This document shows positions 14,191-28,029 of a stretch of 64,000 bases of DNA, in pieces. The stretch spans positions 6,262,001-6,326,000 of the forward strand of contig OX597832.1 in NCBI GenBank assembly GCA_951406725.2, given 5' to 3'. The first letter of the stretch is position 1; every line of letters starts with the position of its first letter. The notes under the pieces are model-generated. The model ran no database searches and was not told where the DNA came from. It was given only the letters and a program-made list of their open reading frames with translations. This stretch comes from Octopus vulgaris (taxonomy: Eukaryota). Both the position numbers and the translations under genes were made by a program.

Positions 14191-15614
14191 ATATGTGATG
14201 GAAAATGTATTCTTAGGAACAATCATGCAGACAATGTTAGTAAAATATTTCTGACTTGGATAATTTGTCAACAAGAATAAAGAGCTGTTGACAGTTTACC
14301 AAACCAGAGATACAATCATTTGATTTCTAATATCTATTGTAAATCTCATCAATGAAACTATGGATAATAAAATTTAATGATTCTAACTACAGACTAAAGA
14401 ACAATATATATCTACAACTTTAAAATTAATCCCAGAGACTGCAAATATGACAAATGACTAGCAATTGTAAGTAGTCAATGATTTTGATTGATTTCAGTTT
14501 ATCAAGACACATTTTAAACAGGAGATAAGTCATCTGCAGTAATATCATTTGCTATATTAGTCCACTTTTTCTATACCATACATACATGAAAAACATGCTA
14601 CAAACTTAATTGAAATCCTTCAATAACTTTCTTTGGAAAGTTTTTATATGAAAATATATAAAATAAGAAAATTGCCTCTCTACCTAAACCTGGCACAGAA
14701 ATCTCAATTTGCTTTAGTATTTTTTATTTTTCTTTTGGCTTTAATTTTGTCTTTTGTTTTTTAATACAATTGTAATATGTATCACATCATAAATTACATT
14801 GTTTTGAAAACAACACTTAATATTTCATTAATAGAAACTGAATTTAGGCATGAATTCAGTAAAATTTGTTGAAATAATAAAAAAAAAATCATCTCATTTA
14901 TTTGATATCATGTTTTGTGAACAATAGCACTGTTGGTTACAGGTTTCCAACAGACCAATCATTAGTCCACTGTATTTATGGTAGTGAGAGTGGCAAGGGA
15001 CTGTTTGTGTAACTCAAGCAGAACAAATATCACAAGGAATTTTAAAAGCACTGGTTTGTTTTTTCTTTGTTCTTTTTTGGAGGGAGAGGATGTCTATACC
15101 TTTTGCTATTATACATTGCTGAAAGATATACACATATATACTAAATACACATTAACTATAGGCTCCTACATGGTTTCCATTTGTTAAGTTCTACTCATAC
15201 AGCTTTTGTCATATTGGTCAACCTGAGGTTATAATAGAAGATAATTTGTGTAAGGTCAAGACTGGAGTTTTGCCAAGTTAGTTTAAAGAAGTTTAAAGAT
15301 TGGAGTTTAAAATTACAAAATATATTCACAACAATCAAATAGATAATTTGTCTTTTTTTTTTTTTTACTGGTTTAAATTTTTTTAATCCAATAGAGTTAT
15401 TTTAAAGTTATTGATTTGTTGGGCCCTTTTAGGTTTAAAAAGTCATTAAATTTAACTGAACCCCTCTGACAGAGATGCAGTGTGCTGCACTGTGGATCAA
15501 AACTAGAACTACTTACTTGTAAAGTGAACTTCTTAACTACAAGGCCATATCAGCTTCCTTGGCAAACAAATGATAGAGAGCTATTTACAGAAAACTATTA
15601 ATTAAAAATAATAA

Positions 15615-16190
15615 ACATTGGCATGAGATCACAAATTTTAAAGGAAGGACAACCCTAATACTTAACTAATACTTATTCTATCAATCCCAGAAAGATGAAA
15701 AGTATAGCTCACTCCAATAAAATTTTCACTCAGAATGTAGAAATATGAACAAAAACAGCAAACTGGTACAATTGTTAATACACTGGGCAAAATGCTTAGT
15801 GGCAATTTGTCTGTCTTTATGTTCTGAATTCAAATTCTACTCAAGTCAACTGACTTACATCCTTTTGGGATCAATGAAATAAGTACTAGTTGAACCCTGG
15901 GTCAATGTAATAAACTAACACCTACCCGCCAAAATTTTGGGTCTTGTGTCTAAGAAATTATTATTATCATTATTATTATTATTATTATAAGAGCAGCAAG
16001 CTGGCAGAATCAGTAGCATGCCAGACAAAATAGTGGCATTTCTTCAGACTTTACATTCTGCATTCGTATTCTGCTGATGCTAACTTTGCCTTTTATTCTT
16101 CTGGAGTTGATAAAATAAGTACCAGTTGAGTAGCGTGGTCTATGTAATCTCCACAAAACATTACAGGCTATGTGCCTATAGTAAATAGAA
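15615..16190. mobile_element. Cluster of three Nin-domain-type SINE copies (family B) with (TTA)n tails
   Basis: Motif ccttt.atcctt..gg.gtcgataaaataagtacca recognisable at ~15860 and ~16090 (+), with a reverse copy at ~15620-15740. Confidence 0.6.
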
Positions 16191-19100
16191 TTATTATTAT
16201 TATTATTGTTGTTGTTGTCATTACTGTTACTGTTTTTATTATTATTATGATGATGATGATGATGAACAAGTAGTATAAGAAAACAAAAAGAATATTTAGT
16301 ATACCAGAGAAAATTCATTAAGTTAAATACAAAAATTTCCTAATAAAAATGTTTTTAAGCCATTTTAATTTTCCTACAATATTTACAACAAACCATGAAA
16401 GTAATTATGACTGAAACCAAAGAAAATTTAAAACAAAAACCAGTTTCCAAACTCAAGTAAATGTAAAGCTACTAATTAGATAGATGATAATAAGAAGCCA
16501 CTGAAATTAGGTGTAAATTTTAATTAAGCATTAAAATGTTTACAACTTACAAAAAGAAAAGAAAATTTAGGCTAATTGAATATTCATAAAATAAACAAAC
16601 CACTTATACAAGTATAAAACTTTAGAAATTAGCTTTTGTTTAAATTAGGCTTAAATTATATTCTACAGAAATTAATTGAAAACTATTTTCTAAATGGGTT
16701 TATGAAAATATATTTTACTACAGCATATACCGGTTGATAAATTTAGGCAAAGACTGCTCTGAAAGTGTTTAGTGACAATACAAATATATTAATATTTAAA
16801 GATTGCAACTGTTTATCAACATAATTAATAAAAACTATTTGATGACAATTGAATAATGAAAATCAACAATCAGATATCGTTATTAAAAACTAATTAGCCT
16901 AGACATCCTATTAAATATAAGTTCATAAAAACAGGTCTCAGTAAAACAGAATAACCATTCCACCAGATAACTAAACATGCAGTTGTAGATTATTTTCCAG
17001 AGCTGATGTACACCAAACAAGTTATTTTAAATTTGTTAGGTGTTATTTGATTTATCAGATTAGGTTAATCATTCATTGATAAAAACATGGGCATGTCACC
17101 TTTATTTTGGGCATGCTATCCTAAAAATAAGAACATACCTCCATGTATAAGCTGGTCAAGATAGAAAAAGAAATGCGTACATATTTACTTCAAAGAAATC
17201 GATCTTGATCATGAAAAATGGTTGTCTTTTATTGCAAATTTAATATTCTTAACTCATATATTACATGCAGATTCCTAGCTGACCTCCATTTATCACTATT
17301 TCACATAGATGCAAATATTCATGAAATTGCCTGAATTTAGATTTTAGTACTAAAATTTTAAAGCTGCAACAATCCATAAAATATTTTTCACAGATAAAGT
17401 TAGGAAATATGTCTCAACCAGAGATTTCAAAAGAACTCACCTGTTCATATCAACTTGCTGGTAATACAGTGTTCCACACACACACACTGAAGTATCATGC
17501 ATTACTAGTGACACAATGACCCAGTCTAGTCAGCAGTAAATAGATACCAATTCACTGCTGTAATAGGCAGGAGCAGTATATCAGCAATATGGCTGAGGTA
17601 AAATGGCTCAAGGCATCATTTTGTAGAGCAAATACAATATGGTCTTATATGTGTCATATAGTGGAGTAGGTTAACTGAGATTACTCAAGAAATTATCATG
17701 TTTATTTATAATATGCATCATCTATTAAAGGAAATGAAATCAAATACATTTTACCTTCACTCTTTCTCTACTACTAATCATGCCTTCTCACTCAGACTAC
17801 TTCTATAGTCCATCACTTGCTCTAACATTCTTGCTCTTAATGTTGATGCCATCATACTCTTGCTCCATTAACTCACCCATTCAGCTCTTCTGTCATCTCT
17901 CTCTCTCTCTCTCTTGTTTATTACTCTATTACTCCTCTTAACCATTACTTAACTATTACTCCTCTTAATTCATCACCTTGAATGAATAAAAAGGTCTGAT
18001 GCCATGACCAAAATGTACCAGGTGCACTGTTGACCATGTGACAAGTGAACTGAGAGAGGAAGCTTAAGAGTTTTCTTCACTTCTCTCTTGTCAATAAAAT
18101 ACACCCAGTACAATTATTGTGATTAGTAAACAAGCAGAAAGAGAGTATGGTAGAATGGATCCTTAGTCTTGTATTGCAAGGACTTGATAATCCAATGCTG
18201 CTGCCAAGATAAATTCTCCCTGTACACTCTGTAAAGTGTATACACTAAAATGTAAGGTATAAGGGCCAATCTGTGAGAGCAATGGCTCACAATGAGAATT
18301 GATGCAGACCATCGCACTCCATGGCAGCATAGAAAGCAATTATAAAAATGATGACATACAATTGATATGCTTTGTAAGCAGAACTGAAATTATTTCCCTG
18401 ACTATAGAAGTATGTTTCACAGGCTAACTTGTCCTAGATACACTACATGAAAATGTACCATACCAACTGTTTCTTCATACAAAGTAAAAATGTAATCCTT
18501 CAAGTAAAAAAAAAAGTTAATTATATTTCAAATAGATTCTTAATCTTTAATTTCAAGTTTCAAATTCAGTAAGTTTTGAAACAACCATAATTATACTTCA
18601 AGATTAAAATGATTTTCTTTGAATTTAAGGAAAATAAATCTATTACTTTATGATAGAGAATTAGAAAAAATATTAACATTAACAGACACAAGACTTCAGA
18701 TTTTCTGGGGATATGAAATGAGATTGTGTGAAGTTCATGCCTTTTAAAATTATTAAAGCAGGAAGTGGCTATACTGTGATAAAAAAAATTATTTTAGAAA
18801 CTCAGTCCACCAATGCTTACTATTACAGTAAATACTATAGAGAACTAATAAATATCAATATTTTTTTAAAGCAAAAGAGATAACATTATGAAAAATACTT
18901 TTTCAGTTTCAATAAACAAAGTTTTCTATCATTGTTCTTCTACCAAAATGTAACAACTGTTTACCACAAATATAATTTTTTTTAAATCAGTGATTGTAAC
19001 AACTCAATAAAATTTGCAGAAAAATCATTTTAACAGACTCTTACTTCAGGTCAAATTTAGATTAATGTTTACGAGATGTTTTAGTATCAAATGTCCTAGT

Positions 19101-19801
19101 ATATATACAATTATTAATTCATGTTCAAAAGCATCGTTACAGTTTTATTATTCATATCTAAAATACATGCACAGAGAGAAATTTAAATTGGTGTCAGACA
19201 AGTGCTTAGTTTCACTTAAATAAAGCAAAAACAACGTATATAAAAATTTGCTGCCTCCTTTGTTTTACATCTAAGCAATATAAAGTTAACTTTAAAGAAT
19301 TATCATAGCTGATATTTTTTTTTTTTTAAAGGCATGTAAATTGAATTTTATTATTCAAATAAATTTTAGAAAACAAATTACTTTTGGCACAAAATATGTA
19401 ACTAAAACTATGATTATTGTTAAGACTGTAGTTTCACGGTTAAAACAGTTTTTATGGGAATTTTTATCATTGTTAAAGATAAAAATCAATGCAACTAAGA
19501 TTAATGATTTGCCTAATATGAAAACCCCAAAATAATTTTCTTTGTAAATTCAGTCAATTTGAAAAGCAAAGCAAGCTCTACTTATATGGTTCCTAGTTTA
19601 AAGTCTATTATTGCAAATGTAGAAGAAAGCTACCTTTGTTGATAATGTAAAGATCTTAGCAGGAACAGATAAATAATAGGATATAGGCCATAAATAATTA
19701 GTATTCAGATACTTTAAAATATTTGATAAATATCATAGCCCAAAATATAATAGGATACACACAACCCATTGGAGAAAGAGAGAGAGACTGTGTGTATGTG
19801 T

Positions 19802-20065
19802 TTAACCCTTTTGATATCAACCTGCCTGAGACCAAACCTGGTTCTATGATACAAACTTCCTGTTTTAGAATGATCTAAATTAAAAACTTCAATCAAAATT
19901 TCTTGTTAATTTCTATTCCTAACACCAGCTTAAAATGACTAAGCTTTCTTACAAAATTCTTCATTATTATTTCATTATTATTATTATTATAATTCAAAAT
20001 TATTTCATTATTAATTGAAATAAAGACAGTGTGTTTCAAGAAAAATATGGTAACAAAAGTGTTAA
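19802..20065. mobile_element. TTAA-flanked MITE, family 1
   Basis: ttaacccttttgata...taacaaaagtgttaa. Confidence 0.75.
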
Positions 20066-20564
20066 GAGAGATAGTGAATGTAGAAAAGAGTGCTAGTTAA
20101 CTATTTACATCCATTTATCATTATTTTTGCATGTTTGGATATTTAAAAGTTGTTGAACCAAATGTTAGTGTTTTATATTTTAGTATCTATTTGTATTTCC
20201 TATGAAGTTACACTCTTGCTCAACAGTGAGATGCAAGTATTATTTATTATTACATAATGTAATACATCATGCCTCTTATGATTAAATCTATTTCATGCAG
20301 AGAAGTTTAAGGGTGAAAATAAGATTTCAGATGGGTACAGGCCTTTCTCATGGTCATTAGTAATCCAAGTCTAACAGATACACACAATAATCAAAACCAG
20401 AACATGGACTTGGCTTTTTTGGATCTTACCTCTTTCTCACTAATATTACTGATGATAATCTGTCAATCTAAATATAAAAACAAAATCTATTACTTCTAAT
20501 GTTCTTTTACAGAAAAAAAAAAACTCATGTTTTTAACTTCAGTATATTCTATTTAAATAAGAAT

Positions 20565-20744
20565 TTAACTCTTTAGTATTCAGATTACTCTGTCAAATGT
20601 AATGCTTATTTATTCACAATGTTTTGAATTAATCATGCATTATTTTCTGGCTTGAAGATTTTGATGAAATAACGAGCTAGCTTGAACATAAATCAGGTGG
20701 AATATTTAGGCCAAATATGGCAGGTTTAAATGTTAAAGAGTTAA
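20565..20744 (+). mobile_element. TTAA-flanked MITE, family 2
   Basis: ttaactctttagtatt...aatgttaaagagttaa; homologous to 30865, 41342 and 62380. Confidence 0.8.
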
Positions 20745-22319
20745 TAGAGAAATGAATTAATACAAAGAGCTAATTATCTAATTATTTACTAAACAAGTTT
20801 TATCTCAATGGCAGAATACATCTTCAAGAAGGATAAATATTCAACTTTACAGAATGGATATGGTAGACAATGAAATTCTGGGTTTAAAGAATCCTATAAT
20901 GGATACAGATGACAAATGTCATTTTGGATTATTTACTTTTTATGCTAGTAGGATGAATTAGATTTTTTTTTTTAAATGATAGTCTTTACAGACAAATTAT
21001 TTTTATCAAGTTTCTTGTAAGGTATGTGTTTTCTAATGTTAACCATTTAAACATGAAATGGTAGATATGAGAAAAGGAATGGCACAAAGTTTAGTGAAAT
21101 TACAGAAAAATAATATGCTTTTTGTCATAATCTAACATTCATTATCAGATTAAATGCATTAATCTAGACACATGGAGATCTAATGGATAGATAATCTGAT
21201 CAAACAGATCATCTGTTTGTTTCAGGAAAATAGAAATCATCATTATTGGATGATCATATCAACAGTTGTAACAAGTAAAACAGGATGAGTTGCCTAACAT
21301 ACAAGGCTGATGTTGAAACCCTGTGCTGACTAAAATTTCATATACCTGATGGTTGAGTAGAACAATATATCAGAGGTTTCTATAGTTTAATGAACTCAGA
21401 ACAGATGGTGTTGTATAAAAGATTGAATTCAGAAGTTAGCAGAATGGTGTATCAATTTTAAGAAGGACACAACAAGCTAAAGATTCCCAATGGCATATTT
21501 CCCTTAAGCAAGAAGCATAAGGAAGCTTGCAATAGTTGAAGAAACAAATGAAATGAAGTGCAAAGGAAGACAAAGAAAAATAGCAATTATTAGAGTTTCA
21601 AGCTAATATAAATAAAGAGTTGCAATACTTAGAGTAATAAAATATCCTGCACAAAGAAACATCATGAATGACAAAAATTGCAACAGAATGAAAGATATAT
21701 AACAAGCAGCTAAGCAACACTTGGAGTACTTTCAATTTATGTTAAATCAGCAAGGACTCCTAGATCAATGTCTTAAGAACTGTGACATGCAGAATAATAG
21801 AATGAAGCCTGTATGTGAAAAATCAAATTTTTTATACTGTGAATGAAAAACCACAAGTAAATACAGAACTCAAAGTATTGCATGGATGGTTTCTACATTC
21901 AAAGTTTTTTTTTTTATGATATAGCAAAATGCATGAATTGATTCAAGGTTTGCATCTTAAAAAGGCCAAAACAGGGGACATGAAGTATGTTGCAACAAGA
22001 GAATCATATTGTTACTTCATGCAGCAAAATAATTATTTTGTAATAACTTGCTCAATGAAACCAACAAGTATTTAGCAGATTGTGATCAGTCAAAAATATA
22101 GACTAAAGAAAGACAGTTTTGTATTAATCAGATATGAGAAATATAATGAAGAGTCAGTAACACAGATCCATGACTGATAATTATTGATGTGGTTATCAGT
22201 CCATTGAGTTAACTAGGTTTGATTATGCTGTTCAAAACCAGTTTATTAACACTATTGGTTTGCTCATTGACTAGAGCTCTGACTGTCTCACCACATCAAC
22301 CTGGATATTACTGTCTGGA

Positions 22320-22530
22320 GTCCTGGGCCTCATAGGGCAGGTTACCCAGTTTCCATAGCATATAAGGGATGAAAATCATAACATTCCCTCTGAACAGGAT
22401 GCCAGTCCATTACAAGGTAACTCGTTTAGAGTTGAGTGGACTCAAGAACACAACACACCGCCCGATCTAGGAATCAAATAGAATCTTGTAATTGTGAATG
22501 CAATGACCTAACTACCAGGCCACATGACTT
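22320..22530 (-). mobile_element. SINE remnant (family uncertain)
   Basis: ggatgccagtccattacaagg core and a reverse tRNA-like head (ctaactaccaggccac). Confidence 0.4.
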
Positions 22531-22659
22531 CACAATAGTGTCATCAAATCTTCACTTTTATCGATTTTAGCTATTTAATGTTGATAAGCTGGATCACCCA
22601 CTTCAAAGCTACTGTCATTTATATGGTACTAGACTGGTACTTATTAATCTTGAAAGAAT

Positions 22660-22865
22660 GCTTTCAAGTTTTGGCACAAGGCCAGCATTTTCAGGAGAGG
22701 GATAAATCAATTAGGTTGATGCCAGTGTTCAACTGGTGCTTGTTTTATCGACCCCAAGATGATGAAAAGCAGAGTCGACCTTGGCAGAATTTGAATTCAG
22801 AACATAAGGACAGACAAAATGTGGTTAAACATTTTACCCAACATGCTAACAATTCTGCCACCTTG
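22660..22865 (-). mobile_element. Nin-domain-type SINE (family B)
   Basis: ttttggcacaaggccagc...actggtgcttgttttatcgacccc...gtcgaccttggcagaatttgaa. Confidence 0.75.
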
Positions 22866-24139
22866 AAAACCAAAATCAACCACAAAGGAATTCCAACATA
22901 TAAAATATGCAGCAATTCTGTAATTTGGCCATCCAAATTACACATTTATGGTTTTCATTTGTATTCACAAACCTTAACAAGTGAGATATTTTGTTCTTTA
23001 ATAAATTATTTACAAACAAAATATCAAGACACAGGCATTACAATCACATGGTTCTCGTTTCAGTCTTAATATGTGATATCTTGAGCAAGTATCTTTCACA
23101 AAATAGCTTTACCAATGCCCTGTAATGGAATTTAGTAGATGGAAACCATGTTGGATGTCATTGGATAATATACATACATATATATACATAGTCTAAGGTC
23201 CTGGTAGAGTGTAAAGTCAGGGTATTTCCAGAAAAGCACTTGACTCAAATACTGGGTTATCAACATTGTCGGGTTTCAGGCTAATGCCAGAATTCCTCAG
23301 GAGTAGAAAATCCAAGTTTCACAACGATCATACCATAAAGTGAATTTGGTGAAGAGTAAATAATTCAAAAGATAAAAAGAAGACAAAGAAAATTCTTTAA
23401 CACAGTTTTAAAGCTGCAAACATTACGTAAATTTTCTCTTTGGGTTTTTGCATAAATCGAGTGGATACAGAAACAATTGTAACAAATCATTAAAGATGTG
23501 TTTAAGAATTTTCTTTGTCTTCTTCTTATTTAGTATATATGTATATGTCGCACCCATGCCAACATGGAAGGCAGGCATTAAACAATGATGATGATATACA
23601 TATCTCACCAATATAACTGGATAAAAGATGTAAACATCAAAGGAACAAAAAAATATCTATACTTTCAAATAATTATACCATATACAGTATTTGTTCTGCT
23701 TGAGTAGCAAAGACAGTCACTCATTAATCTTACTGACAATGCAGTGAATTAGGTATAAATAAATAAGACTTTCTATGCTGTGTATCTTGAGTACATTCTT
23801 GATTTACTTTTTGAAATCATATGGTGGAATAAAAGCTTCAAAAAAAAGAAGCACTGAAGGACATTGAATTTGATAAAAAGGAAGAAATGTTTCACATTGA
23901 ATAAATTTAAATAAAAATTCTTTTAAAAAACTTGTTAATAAAAATGTTAATTTGCACTTCATATTTATTTACTGAAATGATTGAAGTGTCCACTAATGGA
24001 GATTTAACAATGATGACTTAAGAGAAAAATTAAGTGCAAAGATATCTATATTGTACAGCCCTTTTCACCAGTTTGATAGTATTTCTTGTGTTCTTTCAAC
24101 CACTCTTTATCTAAATGAAACAGTTGGTTACTCTGATAC

Positions 24140-24170
<31 letters not shown>

Positions 24171-24700
24171 GAGAGTGTGTGTGTATGTGAACAGCTTTTC
24201 CTTCAAACATATTGAAGACACAAATGTGTCCAAGTTTAATCTTTTATACTGAAGATATTTTTTTAATGTTACATTATTTTTCCTTTATATTTATCTTAGA
24301 ATGTTTCTTGGTTCATTAACATTTCAAATTTTTTTCAGTTTTTGAATAAAATGATATTGGCACATTGTTGTTGCATTTTGTAACAGGCAGCAAGGGATTA
24401 TGAGAATGATGTAATTCATAAAATCACCATTGCCAAATTTAAAAACTGTTTAACCATTAATTCCTCATTGCTTTTAGTTTACTTCATGTGTGGTGTTTGT
24501 GATAATTTTTGTTTTTTATTTTGCTAGTAATAAAGCTTCTACAGTTAATCTAACATTTTGTGGAATTGTAAAGAAAATGACAGCATGATCAACTATTTAG
24601 CTTGCTTTTCCTTTTTTTCCTGTTCAGCATTATAACATGCTGTAATGGATCTTTGTAATAAATGCATTATTAACTGATGAGAAAGTTTTGTACTTGTGTG

Positions 24701-24734
<34 letters not shown>

Positions 24735-24789
24735 AAGCTGAGTATGTGGGTATGTGTGAGTCTGAACAAACCCAACATTATACAATAAG

Positions 24790-25345
24790 AGGTTCCACCC
24801 CTATTGCATAGAGGCAATACAGAATCTGCAAGCTGCACCAAAGAAAACCCATCTTGGGGGCAGTAACTGAATAAAAATTGATACAGTTTAGAGAGGACTC
24901 CTTAGTGTTGCTGCAGACAACCTCTAGTGCTGGCAGCACAATAAAATGCACCCAGACCATCAGTAAAGTGGTTGGCAATAAGAAGGGAATTGAGCCATAA
25001 AAACTATGCCATAAAAAAAAGAAATGTGAACTCCACAAGCCACAGTGAAGGCAATCCATCTAAGAGATAATAATTCTGAATAAAAACTGATACAGGGTAG
25101 AGGGTCTCTTTAGTCCTGCCACAGACAACTCCTCCAGTGCCAGTGGCACAATAAAATACACCCGTTCATGTTGTAAAGTGATTTGGGATAGGAAAGAAAT
25201 CCAGCCATAAAAATCGTGCCAAAAAACATGACATACAAAACAACAAGGCTCAGTGGTTTTATCTGTTGCTGTTTGTGCTAGAAGACAAAAGACTGAGGAC
25301 CCATCCAACCCATACCATCATGGCAAAACAGACGTAACATGAAGT
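24790..25345 (+). mobile_element. Old, duplicated RTE-tail element fragments
   Basis: Two related units (cctctagtgctggcagcacaataaaatgcaccc / cctccagtgccagtggcacaataaaatacaccc) ending ccatccaacccataccatcatgg. Confidence 0.5.
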
Positions 25346-25769
25346 TTTTTTGTTTTTTTTTTTGAAGCAGAGGCTTCACTATCAATACTCTGAATTTCTC
25401 ATACACCTGTACAAATGCAGGTTCAATTACACTGCTTAATGAAAAAAAATGTCAACTTTATAGCAATGATTTGCAAAATAATTGTGAGTGGTTTTAGGAA
25501 GTTCAAATTTTGGAAAGATAGTTACTTTATACAAATCACTGTATGTCACCAGCAGTAAGGAATCTCATGAAAAAGAAAAATACTTTCAAGTAATGCATTT
25601 CCTTTCATATTGTTCATTGTCTACACATGCATACACACACATACATAACCATACAGATAGGAAAAAAACAGACTGGTAGATATTTTTTAAGTAACACATG
25701 TGCATAAGAAATTTTTGGGGAAATCGATCCAACCTGGTTGGATCATCACTCACAACATTACATTTTTAG

Positions 25770-26359
25770 GGTGGCAGGGAAAGCATTTCTTTAATTAGAA
25801 ATTGGATTTTCTTTTACAGTAAAATTTACTACAATAAGAACGTAACAGTGTGAATTCTAAAAACAAACAAATTAGACAATATAATGCCAACAATACTAAT
25901 GTAATAAAATAACAACAAAAGTATTGTAAGAAATTATTTAAACAAAGCTAAAATTTAAAAGAGTGTCAAATTGAAAAAAATATGTAACAAATTTAAAGAA
26001 TTATAATTCAGATCTCTTAAATCTAGTATATTTTAAAATAAAGTATAATTTATAATGCACACCAAAAGCAACTGAGTATTTAAAATTACTGAGGCAAAAC
26101 ACAGATTGGTGTATATAAATTAAAAATTATTAGGCATTAAATAAAATTTTATGACTTTCCACAAACATCTCAAAAGGCCACTTCATCATTAAAAAATAGA
26201 AACAAGTATCTTTTCTTTCTATTTAATAATATTTTTATGGGTTTTTTTTTTCTTGTATATTCCCCCTCCCTCAGAAATTCCCAAGAATTCACAAGTTGTT
26301 TGTCTCAATAAAAAATAAATGCTGAGCAGAGATAAAATTTTCTAACCATCTTGCTCTAT
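25770..26359 (-). other. Putative TMEM65 3' UTR with candidate ATTAAA poly(A) signal at 25790-25795
   Basis: U/A-rich sequence without recognisable repeats after the stop codon; ATTAAA on the minus strand. True end is not determinable from DNA. Confidence 0.35.
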
Positions 26360-26488
26360 CTAGCTCTTTTCTGTATCAGCGGCAGGTTCTGCTGGACTTT
26401 CTTGTGATTCATTATGCTTGTCGTAGTTAAAGAACAGTAGTGGAAACATTCCTATCAAGCATCCAACTGTAATGCCAATCACTTTGCC
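26360..26488 (-). CDS. TMEM65: TMEM65 last coding exon, GKVIGITVGCLIGMFPLLFFNYDKHNESQESPAEPAADTEKS*
   Basis: ttttag|GGCAAA...AGCTAG; conserved GxTxGCxxGMFPL transmembrane motif; TAG at 26360-26362; preceded by a 117-bp intron. Confidence 0.96.
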   Translation of the reverse strand, partial: GKVIGITVGCLIGMFPLLFFNYDKHNESQESPAEPAADTEKS

Positions 26489-26605
26489 CTAAAAATGAAA
26501 ATAAATGAGATTCAGTTAAAATCTCAAGGAGCACATTCTGACTTAAATCTTAATCTGCTTTTTTAATACAACTCAATAACATAATAATATTAAAACAATA
26601 GTTAC

Positions 26606-26711
26606 CAAGTTAGCAATCCAACGTGTTTTTCTCATATCCACTTGTTGAGGGGTTAAAGTGGGCATGTGAAAACCAACCCTAACCGCCAATACTTCAACAT
26701 ACCAAGCAGAC
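26606..26711 (-). CDS. TMEM65: TMEM65 coding exon (106 nt), SAWYVEVLAVRVGFHMPTLTPQQVDMRKTRWIANL
   Basis: ttgcag|GTCTGC...AACTTG|gtaact; phase 2 in, phase 0 out; similar to vertebrate YVEALASRLG..PDLTPKQVDM (recalled). Confidence 0.96.
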
Positions 26712-27511
26712 CTGCAAAATAATTACTTGCATTTTCAATATAAAGTAAAAAAAAAAGATTTACAAATACAACCAATCTAAAGATTACAGGGAAAAGAATT
26801 ACAAAAAGTGAAGCAAAATGAAGATATCAGAGGAAATCATTTCTTGAAAATAATTATAGGGTATCTATTACAGCCTTATTTTATTTGGGAAAACTATTTC
26901 AGTAACCAGCAGGTGAATAAAAGAGAGAGTTTGAATTAATAGAGCATGCTTCAAACAAAATCTAGAAGACCCCTAGCTACTTGTTTAGGCATACTTATAG
27001 ATAAAGAATAGACCTAAATGAAGACTTGCAAGCTGTTGGCAAAAATTTCAATTTCACAAACAATAACTGAGTTTGACCACATGGATACTTTTTCATTAAA
27101 CTAATTTTTTTATTTGCTCTTGAAATAAAATCCATATCTTTGGCATTTCTGCTACTGAAGTCTAATAGATCCATATTATGGGAATTTTATTTCCTTTTGA
27201 TGTTGGATTCATGTTCTTTCTTCAAATGGAAAAGTTGTTCTAATATTATAAATAGTTGTGGGACTGGCCTTTTATAAAATTCTCCCTTTCTTATAAGCTT
27301 TGTAATAATAAAATTCTACGTTTCTTTTGCATAAATGTTTACCAATACAAACTATTATTTAGCTCATTGTGGTAGAAAATTCCTTCAATTATATCAACAT
27401 AATTAGTACTAGAAGTGGGTAATTAGAATAAACAAAAGTAGAATAGGAATCAAGAGCTATTTTCTATATTAGAAAATAAAAGCAGTCTTCCCTGCATGCA
27501 GAAAAAAAAAA

Positions 27512-28029
27512 TCTATATTAATAAATATGAAATTCTGTCTGTCTGTCTGGGATCCCTGTATCTCAGTCTACATTTGCTCTACATAGACATATCTTTTTGG
27601 AATTTGAATACCAGAATTGAAAATCTGCCCTTCATTTGGTTCTTGAACATCCAGCATTGAGATCTGATTTAAAAGCATTCGGGTTGCTATTTCTAACAGG
27701 TAAAGCTTGGCTGATTCAAGCCATCCTGGTTGGCATTTGTCAGATGACATCAGAGATCAAGGGAGAGATAAATGACATTCACTTCATTAATATTACGTTG
27801 AGATAAAAACTTTGGGACAAATTGGAATTCAAATTGGGACTGGAACAAAAGACTGATTGCATTACAGAATTAATTCTTATCTGTCCTTGACCTCTGACCC
27901 AAACATCACTGGGGCATATAGTCATTATAGTCATGCTATTTAGCTCTCTTTAGTTTTGGGCTGCAGGTTCAATTAGCCCTCTGCAAAAGCAAGCTTAATA
28001 GTCAGCACAGAGTGCAACTTTTAAGCTAG
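27512..28029 (+). mobile_element. Non-autonomous Helitron-like element
   Basis: a|TCTATATTAATAAA start followed by a (tctg)n tract; ends gcac-aga-gtgc mini-hairpin then CTAG|t; A/T insertion site with no TSD. Confidence 0.55.

Noticed and set aside
13219-14280. ORFs of up to 305 aa in several frames
   Set aside because: Translations of CA/TA microsatellite (HT/YI/VC repeats); not genes.
20760-22200. Possible ancient LINE remnant; similar tracts at 6050-6550, 18000-18350, 28700-29450, 43200-43960 and 45250-48200
   Set aside because: Composition suggests old retroelements but no unambiguous motif could be read.
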